64,000 nucleotides of DNA from the human T2T-CHM13v2.0 reference genome, Homo sapiens, in the NCBI RefSeq assembly GCF_009914755.1, contig NC_060927.1; one strand, given 5' to 3'. Position 1 is the stretch's first letter. Every line of letters begins with the position of its first letter. The translations under genes were made by a program, and so were the position numbers. This document shows, piece after piece, positions 1 through 12,995 of this stretch. The notes under the pieces were generated by a model. It did not search any database and was not told the DNA's origin. It worked only from the letters and a program-made list of their open reading frames with translations.

Positions 1-959
1 CAAAGCTAATTAATTGTAAGACTAAGATCTAAACCCAGGTAGTCTGGTTCCAGGGCCCATGATCTTAACCAACACTCTACATTTTAACACACTGTCTGCA
101 CATTGTCTACACACAGATGCAGTGTGTGTACATCAGTTGTATAAATATATCATCTTGCATGAAGTAATTTAAGGGATGTTCAAGGATATTGTTGATTATA
201 TGCAATTTATCTCATGTGCTGATTTTTAAGCCTAGTCCCAGAGGAAATGCAAGTTCACTGAAATCTAAGGGGGGAAAAAAGACACGAAAAACCAACAAGT
301 GCAAAGCAGTGTGGTGCAGAATGTGGTGGCAGAGCAACAACCACTCTCAGCAAAATCCTCATTAATTCATGCCAGTAAGTATGCAATGAGGAACTGCAGT
401 ATGCAGGGCACTGGGTGGGGCGATGCCAGCCCTCCTGATCCTTATCCCATAACTTATCAGGTGTGTTCAAGTTCTTAGTGCGTCTCAAGAAAAAATATCT
501 CAGGTTCGAATTGCTGCAAAGTTTTTCAAGCACATCCACCGATAGCAAGACCCACTGGAGGCAGATCAGCGATGAGTCTGAGGGCGGCACAAAGGGTGCT
601 ACCAGGTGATCACCAGTCCTTCCTCCTCATCCTTATTCATTCCTTAGACATCTTGATATTAGAAATTATTGGTTTGTGAATGCACCTATTGTTAACTCTT
701 TCAATATACAAATACATGCAAACATATGTATATTCTACATATATGGACAGGCACAGATTTTTTTTTATGTTGGGCTCCCTCAAACAGAATTAATCTGTGA
801 GGGTATAAACCCACTTCACAATGTCCACAGTGGGGCCAAAACCGCTTTTGAGGTGATCAACTCTATGCTGGGAGCAGGGGAGTTCTGGGCTGAACTCAAA
901 GATGCTTTTCAGCTCTAAAGTACCATCATCATCTTCATCCTCATCTTCCTTTTCTCTTA

Positions 960-1320
960 AGTGCCCAGAATGTGCCAGGCTCTGTGCTGTTTACAGGGTT
1001 TATATTCTCACAAAAATCTCAAAAGCCAATTGCCAGAATTTCTCTAAAGTTTCTTAATTGGTTTGGCACAAGCTGGAAATGGTAGTGCTTGGATTTGAAA
1101 GCAGGCCCATTTGCCTGGCTTTGAAGTTTTTTTTTTATGTTTTTGGTGCTTGTTTTTACCATACTACGCATCTCTTAAATTCTTTGTCCCTAAAATGGGG
1201 GAGGGGGCAATAATGCCAACCTCATGGGATTGTTTTGGCAATTAAATAACAATGTAAAATTCTTTTTGTAAAATTTAAAGAGCCATGCACATATAACATT
1301 ACTATTATTTTGGCTTCATG
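960..1320. mobile_element. Degenerate MIR fragments
   Basis: MIR-like motifs tgtgccaggc..ctgtgct, ggatttgaa..caggc, taaaatgggg..taat..caacctcatgggattgtt. Confidence 0.5.
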
Positions 1321-1404
1321 TGATTTTTTTTTTTCTGTAACAAATTTACTTAAATATCTAGATAATGACTTCAAGAAAATTGTCTTCCTTTGTAATTCTA
1401 CATA

Positions 1405-3250
1405 TTTTATTTTTAAATAATTTTAGACTTATGAGTGTTTTAAAGATAGTACAAAGAGTTCCCATATATCCTTTATTCAGCTTCTACTAATGTTAATAAC
1501 TTAAATAACCATGGTACAGTGATCTGAACCAGGAAACTAACATTAATTCAACACTGATCTAGAGACATCATTTCTATTTCCCTATTGTTCCACAGTTCAA
1601 TCGAGGATCTCACATTGCACATAGTTGTCCTGTATCTACAGTCTCTGCTAATCAAGGACAGCTCCTCAGTCTTCAGCACCTGGGCTTTTACAAAGAGCAC
1701 TGGTCAGTTATTTTGTAGAACATCCCTCAGTTTGGTTGGTGTTTTCTCATGATTAGATTAAGCTTATTCACCTTAGGCAAGAATACCTCAGAACTGATGC
1801 TGTGCTCTTCTCAATACATCCTACATCAGAGGGTACATGATGTTGATTTGTCTTCATTTTGGTCATATTAACTTTGATACTTGGTTGAGTGGTATATTCT
1901 AGATTTCTCCACATAAGTTAGTATTTCCCCCTGCGTATCTGTAAATAATATGTGTCCTGTAAGAAAACACTTTGAGATTATGTAAATATCCTGATTCCCA
2001 TCATATTTCACCTACTAATTTTAGCATCATTGATGATTCTGCTCTGTAACAATTATTACTGTTAAATTAGTTTGTAAAATAGTTATTTTCTATTTCTGAC
2101 ATTCTTTCTACAATATTAATTAGTATTCTACCGTAAGGAAGGATTGACCTTTCTCCTGCATTTCTGTATTCATCTAATCATTTATTTTTGTCAATATGGA
2201 TTCATGGGTACTTATTTTATTCTGTGGGGTGTAATCCCTTCTCATTATGTATTTTGTTCCTCAAATTATCCCAGATTTGCCCAATGAAAGCTCCTTTAAG
2301 TTGGCTCCTGTGGCTTTTTTACATTCTCCCATCATTTAAGCATTTCCTTGCTTTCAGAACTGCAAGATGTTCAGGCTTATCTTGTAAGCTCCCTGCCCCA
2401 GCCCTGGAATCAACCATTTCTCCAAGGAGCCCTGGTTTCTTTTATTGAAGAATGGCATTTAGAAACCAAGGGGACTAGCTGTACTCATTGCTACTGGGGT
2501 TTCATGGTTTCTAGGCCCTCTTAGAAGGCAAAGCTAGAAAATTTTATATAAATATATAATTATATTAATTATATCTGCAACTATCTATATCTATCCTCAA
2601 ATGTGTACACACACCACTCTGCACTTATTTCTAAAACTATCCATCTGTATACATATTGAAAACTGTTCATACTGAAACCTCCAATTCCAATACAACACCA
2701 AAGAGTTTATTTTAGCCTCCACTCCTTTATTCATAATTCCTTTCTTCAACTTAAGAAACCTGGCTCCATTATCTACAATCATTTACTCAATCTTAGTACT
2801 TACATAAAATAGTTTCAAAATTGCTCATCCACACCCCTGTGGAAAACAAATTACTAACTAGTGAACAGGACTTGTGTACACCTTTTCTTGTCCTTAGCCT
2901 TGCAGTATCCAATCACAATGCTGCTTTCCATATTACTGAGGTTATTTTCTTTCCTACTGCCCTCAGTGTGGCTATGTATTCATTTGTAATAGAGCCAGGC
3001 TCATTTGTTACTATTTGCATTTCATCTTGGGTTCCCCTTGCCTCCTGACTGGCTTTCATTGTATATTTAGTTTTTCTGGCATGTGATCCCATTGTTCCAA
3101 TAGTCAGAGCTATATAAAGAGGAACACTCAGAGAAGGGTCTCTCTGCCCTCATCCTATCTTCTACCCCTTTGCCATTTCCCCATTCTTTCTATTCTGTTC
3201 CCATCTACCCGTTGTAAGCCACCAATTTCATTAGTTTATAAAATCTATTC
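1405..3250 (-). mobile_element. Old L1 3' region (L1MC4/5-like)
   Basis: Starts ttttatttttaaataattttagactta..aaagatagtacaaagagttcccat; contains ctgccccagccctggaatcaaccatttctccaaggagccctgg, typical of L1MC 3' UTRs. Confidence 0.7.
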
Positions 3251-3954
3251 TTAAATGATTTTGTCCTTTTAAGATTTATTTTCCCTATAATTATCAGTAA
3301 CTCATAAATTTCCCCAAGGCCTAACTCCGTCTTGACAACCCCATCTTTAGGAATATTTATACAGACACATCTATTCAATTCACTTTAATTAATGTCTTTG
3401 TGCTGCTGGGAATTTTACCTCACTCTGTTTTATCTGAGGCATCCTGGGTTTTCTGAATGCTCTTTGCATGGTTTCTCTTTATGGTCTGTTTAGCAAAGAA
3501 GCCAACTGCTGGTTCTCCACTCTGAATGATCATCGCTTCCCATTTGGAAGACAAAGATGGTTACTGGCCTTGGCATATTAACCCTGGAGCTGCCTCCTCA
3601 GGAAGTGAAGAGTTGGGCTTGGCTGGCTGGTATAGCAGCAGCGACAGCAGCAGAGACAGCATGGCCTGCTCAGAAGGGGCGCCCTAGTTGCCAAGGATGA
3701 GGGCACTGGCTTTGCACTCTTTGAGACTGGGGCTTTACCTAACACTTGCAAAACTTATTACCCCTCCAGTCCTCAAGTTTCCTTGTACCTATAGAATAGG
3801 AATGTTAAAACTTACTTCACACGACTGTTTTGAGGATGAATTGGCTATTTGAAAACTTGGGCACTGGAAGAAGTCCAGTGAAGGACAGTGTCACTTCCGC
3901 TGTTCACCCTTTCATGCTTAATTAACATTTAATTAATCAAATATGTTGTTTCTT

Positions 3955-5057
3955 TTTGTATTTTTTTAACTGAGATAAATGTAGATTTACATATAGTTGT
4001 AGAAATAATACAGAATTATCCCGTGTACCCCTTACCTAGTTACCCCCAATGGTAACATCTTGCAATATTATACCACAATGTCACAACCAGGATATTCAGA
4101 TAGATGTCATCCACTGATCTTACTCAAAATTCACTCATTTTCCATACAGTCCTTTGATTGTGTGGTAGTTCTGTGAAATTTCATCCCATCTGTAGTTTTC
4201 ATGTAATCATCGCCACAGTCAAGGCACAGAATGCTTCACTTCCATCACTATAAGGAACCCTTGTGTTGCCCTTTTATAACCACACCCACTTCTCTCCTCT
4301 CTCCCAAACTCCATCTCTAATCCCTGTTAACCACTGATATGTTCCTTACTTACACAATTTTATCATTTCAAGAAAGTTACAGATATTGAATCACATAGTA
4401 TGTAACCTTTTAGGATTGGTGTTTTTCACTCAGCATTATTCCCTGGAGATCATCCAAGTTGTTGCACGAATGATTTGTTTCTTTTATTGCTGGGGAGTAG
4501 TCTATGGTATGGATGTATCACAGTTTAATTATTCGCCCCTTGAAGGACATTTGGGTGGTTTCTAGTTTCTGGCTATTGTAAATGAAACTGTGATGAACGT
4601 TTGTGTACAGGTTTCTGTGTGAACACAAGTTTTCATTTCTCTGGGATAAATGCCTGTGAGTGCAACTGCTGGGTCATATGGCAATTGCATGTTTAGTTTT
4701 ACAAGAAACTGCCAAACTGCTTTCCAGAGTGGCTGTGCCATTTTAAATTCCCTCCAGCAATTATAAGAGGTGCAGTTTCTCGGCATTCTTTCCAAAATTT
4801 GATGGTGTTGCCATTTTTTATCTTAGCCATTTTGGCAGGTGTGTAGTAATATCTTATTGTGGGTTTTACGTTGCATTTCCCTAATTGTTAATGTTGTTAA
4901 ATATTTTCTCATGTGCTTATCCGCTATCTGTGTATCCTCTTCGTGAAATTGTTCTTCATGTATTTTGTTCATTTCCTGATTGTGTTTTAATTGTTAAATT
5001 TTTAAAGTTCTTTAGATATTCTAAACACTAGTCCCTTGTCGGATATGTGGTTTGCAA
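3955..5057 (-). mobile_element. L1MC-type 3' end with ORF2 C-terminal remnant
   Basis: ORF 4562-4795 reads QPLWKAVWQFLVKLNMQLPYDPAVALTGIYPREMKT (L1 ORF2 C-terminus); L1 3' UTR motifs. Confidence 0.85.
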
Positions 5058-5065
5058 CTTACTTG

Positions 5066-5354
5066 TTTTTTTTTTCAAGAGACAAAATCTTGCTATGTTG
5101 CCCAGGCTGAAGTGCAGTGGCTATTCACAAGTGCTATCCCACTATTAATCAGCCCAGGAGTTTTCACCTGCTCTGTTTCTAACCAGGACCTGTTCACCAC
5201 TCCTTAGGCAACCTGGTGGTCCCCCACTCCCAGGAGGTCACCATACTGATGCAGAACTTAGTGGATCAGCACAGTGCACTACAGCCCAGAACTCCTGGGC
5301 TCAAGTGATCCTCCTGCCTAAACCTCCAGAGTAGCTGAGACTACAGGTGCACAC
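5066..5354 (-). pseudogene. 7SL (SRP RNA) processed pseudogene with A-tail
   Basis: Minus strand carries the 7SL S domain absent from Alus (ACTAAGTTC..CATCAGTATGGTGACCTCCTGGGAGTGGGGGACCACCAGGTTGCCTAAGGAG..GAAACAGAGCAGG..GAATAGCCACTGCACT); T-run at 5066-5075; a few 5' nt missing. Confidence 0.95.
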
Positions 5355-6729
5355 ATTAAGGAATAAGACAGTAAAACTAAATAAGCAAAAAATAAAACAA
5401 ATATATGTATTTGTTTTAGTTTTTTATTTGGTTGGGGGAAAAGAGAAGAGGATGGGAAAAGAGGGGAAGAGGTGAGAGGTATCATAATTAGCAAATATAT
5501 GAGTAATGGTTCCCCATTTTTCATAGCATTGTGTATATCAGCAGTAGTGAGGCAGTGAATTCCAGAATACAGGGGTCTCATGAAGTGTCTGAGGGCCTCA
5601 AAATAAAGCACACTCATCTGCAAAGTGCTGTTTATCCCCTGACCTGGTGCAGTCAAGTCTGGTGCTAGAGGACATGCCATGAAAATTTCCTTCTCAGAGA
5701 CCCTTTCAAGATCTGTTTCATTTAAACCATATCTCAAGATAGACATATTAAAAAGAAGGAAAATGCTGTTTGTTATTAAATCAGGAAAGCATTTTAAAAG
5801 AATTTGGAATCTAACATGTGTAGCCTCAAATCCTTGAAGCCTCACATGATATGAAAAAAAATTATCTTGGTTCAAAACAATTGTTGGAGTAATTCAACAT
5901 TCTTAAATCTATCTTCTCCAGAAAAATCTTTTAAGTTAGAAATGTGAAAATGAATAGTTTTTCAGACCAGGCTGGAGAATTTTCCATGAATATATATTAA
6001 AATCACTATATTTGGTTAATAAACATCCGTGTGAGCCCAAGATTAAAGCAACATGCTGAGCTTATATAATATTTACTCATGCTCTTGTGGTATCTCCTAA
6101 AGCCCAGAAGACCCAGAACTGGGGCTGTCACTGCCTTAAATAGAATCATCATAGCTTAATTTCCCCCTTATCCCAGATTGTACTGCACCACCTTATCATA
6201 TGCATTTAATTCTCTCCATATTCACTGTGTAATAGAGAATTCAAATTAAAATCACCAAGGTAGCAAAAGTGATATACATCACATTGGACACTGATAAGAC
6301 ATTTTTATTTAACACAGAAAATTGCTGGTGTAAATGATATTACAATAAATATACTTCAATTTAAAATGCAAGTCACTGAGAGGAAAAACTGGGAGCCATA
6401 AAATACCTTTCCTCTCCTCAAGGTTGTCCAAAGTTGGTGAGGATGGGGGTGGGGGTGTTAAGAAAAGGACAAGGCTTTGGACTGGGTTGTTATCTTTACG
6501 ATGCAATTTAATCTGGGATGCCACAAGCACGTGGGGCAGGATCGTTAGGAAATAACATCATAAAGAATCAAGAAAGGTCTAAAAGAAAACAGGAGAAACG
6601 GTCTTGAGGCTTTCTTTCTTCCATGCATAGTTATAAGAGTATTATGTTAACCTGTCTGGTCATGGCCACAGGAATAGGAGATGCTTTAACGAAGTGTTGA
6701 GTTGGGGCCCACTCAGGATGCAAGAAAAG

Positions 6730-6945
6730 AGACCAAACATATATTGCATGGGCTAGACAGTTTATGTAGATCATCATATTTAATCCTTAAAATAAATAAC
6801 CCTGTATGATGAGGATATATTATTCCTAATTCACAATTGAGGAAACACAAGCTAGAGAGATGGGGTAAATTGTTCAAGGTCATACAGCAAGTGAGTTTGA
6901 CACCAAAATTTGACTCCAAACCTAGTGATCTCTTTCTGTGACACC
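6730..6945 (-). mobile_element. MIR
   Basis: Core tgaggaaaca..agagatggggtaaattgttcaaggtcatacagcaagt. Confidence 0.75.
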
Positions 6946-7272
6946 ATGGTCACAAGGAGGGGAGCATGCGCCCTCTGAAGTTCACCAAAATTCTGCAGTT
7001 CTTTCTTTTGTGGGTTGTGGCATCTAAGGGAAAGCAGAGATAGAGAAGAGAATCCCAAGACCCAGGAGCAACCAAGTGAGAGCTAAGCTTAGCTGGGCAG
7101 TGAGCCAGGGCTGGGTGGGGGGCTTTGTGTTGGCAGGCTGCCAGGCATGGCCTCCTGTGTCCTGCCCGTGACAGGACAGAGATTTGGCTGACAGCACATC
7201 TGTGCCCATTTCTGCTCCACAAGTCAAGAGAACTAGTACTCTTCTTTCTGGGGGTATCTGTTGAGTCGATCA

Positions 7273-7650
<378 letters not shown>

Positions 7651-8151
7651 TCAGGGAACCAAGTCTAAAACTGATAGTTTCTGATTGCTTCGAAAAAGAG
7701 AGGACTGCTCATGGCTAGCAAGAGTTCACTCAGAATAAGTCATTTTCCTACTCGGTAGAGTTTCCAGATGAGCAGGCAAGCAACAGCCATGAATACAGAA
7801 CCTTATCCAGGCATTTGACAAGGTGTCACAAGATCACCTTGGCAATGAGGTGGGAAAGGTATGCTGGACCAGGCTGCAGGCAAATGGAGTTGTATTCTCC
7901 CTGTATTCTGCATGCATTCCAGTATGCATTTGGACCAGGTTGCAGGCAGGTAGTCCAAATGCATGCATCCCTCTTCTGGTGAAGTGGGCCTGAATGCTCA
8001 GAGTCAGCAAGTCCTATCACTGGATGAGGATCTGGGCTGAGAATCAGGTTGCTGAGAGATTCTAGCAGTTGCTTTTCCACAGGGTGTCTGAAGATTCCTT
8101 GCTAAGGCTCCTCCCATGGCCTAGTAAGCACATGGTGAGCGAGTTGGTTAA

Positions 8152-9556
<1,405 letters not shown>

Positions 9557-9899
9557 GAGATGCTAGAATAGCAACTGTAAAGACTGATGAAATTTAAAAT
9601 ATCAATTTGCCTTTAGATGTGTATGTATAAATTTATGATATTTTACTAAAAAAAAAAAAAACTTTCAATGTGTCCCTTTCACCTAAAGTCCCCATTCCTT
9701 ATCAGGCATTTCAGACTCCACGATCAAACCCTGACTACTTCCCTACTTTCTGCTAGTCTACCAGACTCTCTGCTCTCACCAAATCTGTGTTTGGGACTTG
9801 CCCATTGAGGAGGCCTCATAGAAACCTACTGTTGCCTCTCTGAGCACAAGGCAGTGAGAGAGACACTGGCCTTGGGCCCACAGACCTGGGTTCTCTTTA

Positions 9900-10823
9900 G
9901 CTTGCTTTCTTCTGGAATAGCTCTTTAGTTTGTCTTTCATGACACTGACATTTTGTATAGGCCAATTATTTTGCAGAATGTCCCTCACTTTAGGCTTGTC
10001 TGATGTTTCCTCAGGAGGAGGTACAGGGTACGCCCTTCTGGCAGAACCAGCACAGAAGTTGGGGTGGACCCTCCTCAGTGCATCATATCACAACATACAT
10101 GAGGTCATTATGTCCCATATTGGTGGTGTTAGCTTTGATCACTTGGTTAAGGTTGTATCTGCTACATTTCTCATCTGTAAAGATATTTTTTCCTGTGGAA
10201 TTAATCAGTCTATTGTCAGGAGTTACTTGGTGACCGTGTACATATCTTGTTATTTCAACCTGCTAGTATTAAGATTCATTAGTGATTCTTGCATAAATCA
10301 ATTATTTGGATGGTTGCTAAATGGTGGTTTTCTGATTACACTATTCCTCCTGCATTGGCATTCTACTGTAAGAAAGAGCCTTCCCCTTTTTTGCATTTGT
10401 TTGTTCATTTAATTAACCAATATATTTATTGGTTTTAAATCAGTTTAGACTCATAGACTGTAAATGTATTAAATGAGTTATAATCCCTTATTATTTGTTT
10501 TTATGTTCAAGTTGTCCTCAGATTTTATTGGTGGGAGACCTTACATTGGCTGTAGTGTCCCTTTGACATGTGCCATTCTTTGAACACTTCCTTACTTTTT
10601 GGTACCACAAAATGTTCCAAGTTTATCTTGTATTTTCCATCCCCAGCCCCAGATTCAACCATTTTTCTAAGGAGCTCTTTTAGTATAAAATGGTACTTAG
10701 AAACCAAAATTAGGATGCTGGTTTATATTATGGCTACTGGGGTACAACTATTTCTAGGCTCTCTCAGCAGACAGGGCTAAGATAGCGTTGTATGTGTATC
10801 TATATAAATATCCACACACATTT

Positions 10824-10873
<50 letters not shown>

Positions 10874-11190
10874 CATCCATCCACCCATCCATCCATTTAT
10901 CCATCTACCCACCCACCGACCCACCCACTGTATCTATCCTTTTTATCTTATCTATTCATGAGTTCACCCTGATACCTTTAATTCCAATCCCATATCACAG
11001 GACATTTGTAACTTCTCTCTGTCCACATTTGTAGCTTCTTTCTCCAACAGTGAGATGCGTGACTTCCATTATCTATAAGATATGTACTTATTGCTCAATG
11101 CTAGTATACACAGAAAGTAGTTTCAGAATGCTACCGTATCAGGAAAAAGAAATCTACTTATTAGAGTAGAATATTTGTTTAGAGTTTAAT
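9900..11190 (-). mobile_element. Old L1 3' region (L1MC4-like)
   Basis: tgtctttcatgacactgaca..gccaattattttgcagaatgtccctc..; ccagcccagattcaaccatttttctaaggagctct. Confidence 0.7.
10824..10928 (+). repeat. Compound microsatellite (CTAT)n(CCAT)n(CCAC)n
   Basis: About 12 CTAT units grading into CCAT and CCAC units. Confidence 0.95.
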
Positions 11191-11523
11191 ATTTTGTTTT
11201 CCATATTTTGCAGTTGCAAGCAATGCAGCCATCAACAATCTTTCAAACATGAAAATTCCTATTTCTAGCTTCTTGTGAGAAATTAGAAGGCATGGCCACT
11301 CTCCCTTCTGGACAGGGCATGTATGCTCCCCCAGGGCTGCTTGTCTCAATTGTCTCCCCTTGTTATTATGACAAATAATCTCTCCTTGTTCTTATACATT
11401 CAACCTCACTTTACCTGGGTCCTTGCCATTCACAAGAGGACTGTTGCTACTAGCCACCTCTATCTCCTCTTCTCCTAGTCTCTCCTGAATGCATAGCCAA
11501 TCCAGTTGTCAATACCACTGCTT

Positions 11524-11602
11524 CAACAAAGCCATTCTCCTAGATATCACCAACAAAGCCATTCTCCCAGATATCACCAACAAAGCCATTCTCCCAGACA
11601 TC
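11524..11602 (+). repeat. 27-bp tandem repeat, about 2.9 copies
   Basis: CAACAAAGCCATTCTCC(T/C)AGATATCAC at 11524, 11551, 11578. Confidence 0.95.
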
Positions 11603-12751
11603 TACATTGCTGAACTGCACAGATGTGATTTTTCAGTCTTCATCTAACTCCAATACTAAATTCTTAACACTTAATGCTGGGGATCCTTCATCTTTTCTGT
11701 CTTCTGTGACAGAAACTACTCTGGTTCCTCCTATTTCTTGGGTCTTCTTGAACTTCTTTGTAAGCCGATTCTCCTTTGTAAGGCTGTCAAAGCCTGGGGC
11801 TCCTCAGGGCTCGTCTCTCCTTACAGGTCTCTCTCACTCTCTCTGTGATCTCATTTACCCCTAAGGATACCTTCATTTATTACCTACAGGTCACTCATAA
11901 ATGTCTCTCTCCAGTCTTGTATTCTGATAGGTCTCTCAAACTCAGCAAGTGTGAAGGTAAACTTGTCTGTTCCCCAGATCTGGCCCTCCTTCAGGACTCT
12001 CTCTTTCTAGTGGGTAGCACTCTCTCTTCCTCACATTCAATCCATTACCAGGTCAATTTTACCTTCTAATTATACCTTCACTGTCAACTTCTGTTTATTG
12101 CCATTGTCACCCTCTCATCAAAAATATTGCTTCAACTCCCTCTGAACTGGTTTCTCTTCATCCACTCTTCTCTCTCTCTGTGTGTGTGTGTATGTGCTGC
12201 AGGGTGGACGCATATATTCTCATCCTCTCACAGCTCTAGGATTAAAAAGCACATTTTTCACAAATGGCCTGCAAGGCTGTCATGGTTTGCCTCTTTCTGT
12301 GTCTCTTGCTTTACCTACTGCAACATGTCCTTTTGCTCTGTGCCTCCTGGTCACTCCTCAGTGGCCACGTTCTCTTCCAATACAGAGTCTTTGCATATGC
12401 ACTTTCTTAAGCCAAGAATGTTCTTTTTCTGAATCCCCTGACTCCAGCGAACTTCACCTTTAACTTAAGAAGTACCTCATCATTCTCCTCCAGCTCAGTC
12501 CTTAACATTCTCAGAAAAACCTTCTCTGGACCCTCTGTCTGCATTAGAATGTCACACTGTTCACACTGATGGCACTGGGAGCGTCCCCCTGAGTGGCATA
12601 TGTCACCTTGGTAATTTTTGTCTCTGTGGGATTCAGTTAGTGTTTGTCTATTCCAGAACCACAGAGGCTACTTCTGCTCCCATGTATCCTTGCATCGAGT
12701 ACAACACCCAACACAGGTGGACACGCAATAAAAGATAAGGTGAATGAATGG
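11600..12751 (+). mobile_element. L2 3' region
   Basis: Pyrimidine-rich L2 motifs (ctcatttacccc, tctctcaaactcagca, tctttgcatatgc) ending ..gtgaatgaatg. Confidence 0.7.
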
Positions 12752-12995
12752 AGGCTGCATGGCATGGTGGTTATGTGCATGGATTCTGAGGCAAACTGGC
12801 TCTAGTACTTTCTGGCTGTGTGATCTCAGGCAAGTTATTCAATCTCTCTGAGCCTTAGCCTCAGCTTCCTCATCTGTAAAATAGGGAGAATAGCAGTACC
12901 CACCTGGTAGGGCTGTTATGAAAATTAAATGAGTTCATGTAAGGCACTTAGAGCACTACGTGGCAAACAGAAAGGATGACATAAGTGTTTGTTAA
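12752..12995 (+). mobile_element. MIR
   Basis: gctgtgtgatctcaggcaagttattcaatctctctgagcct..cttcctcatctgtaaaataggg. Confidence 0.9.

Noticed and set aside
255-590. ORF containing VDVLEKLCSNSNL, loosely like the NMNAT ADVLKTF..PNLW segment
   Set aside because: Similarity is limited to a few residues, there is no exon boundary, and it is not the expected next exon (MYQVIQGIISPV...).
5318-5875. 185-aa minus-strand ORF
   Set aside because: Non-ATG start, low-complexity composition, runs into the 7SL retrocopy, and has no recognisable domain.
11524-11602. CRISPR-like array (also considered for 60283-60380)
   Set aside because: Units are head-to-tail with no unique spacers, there are no cas genes, and the DNA is mammalian.
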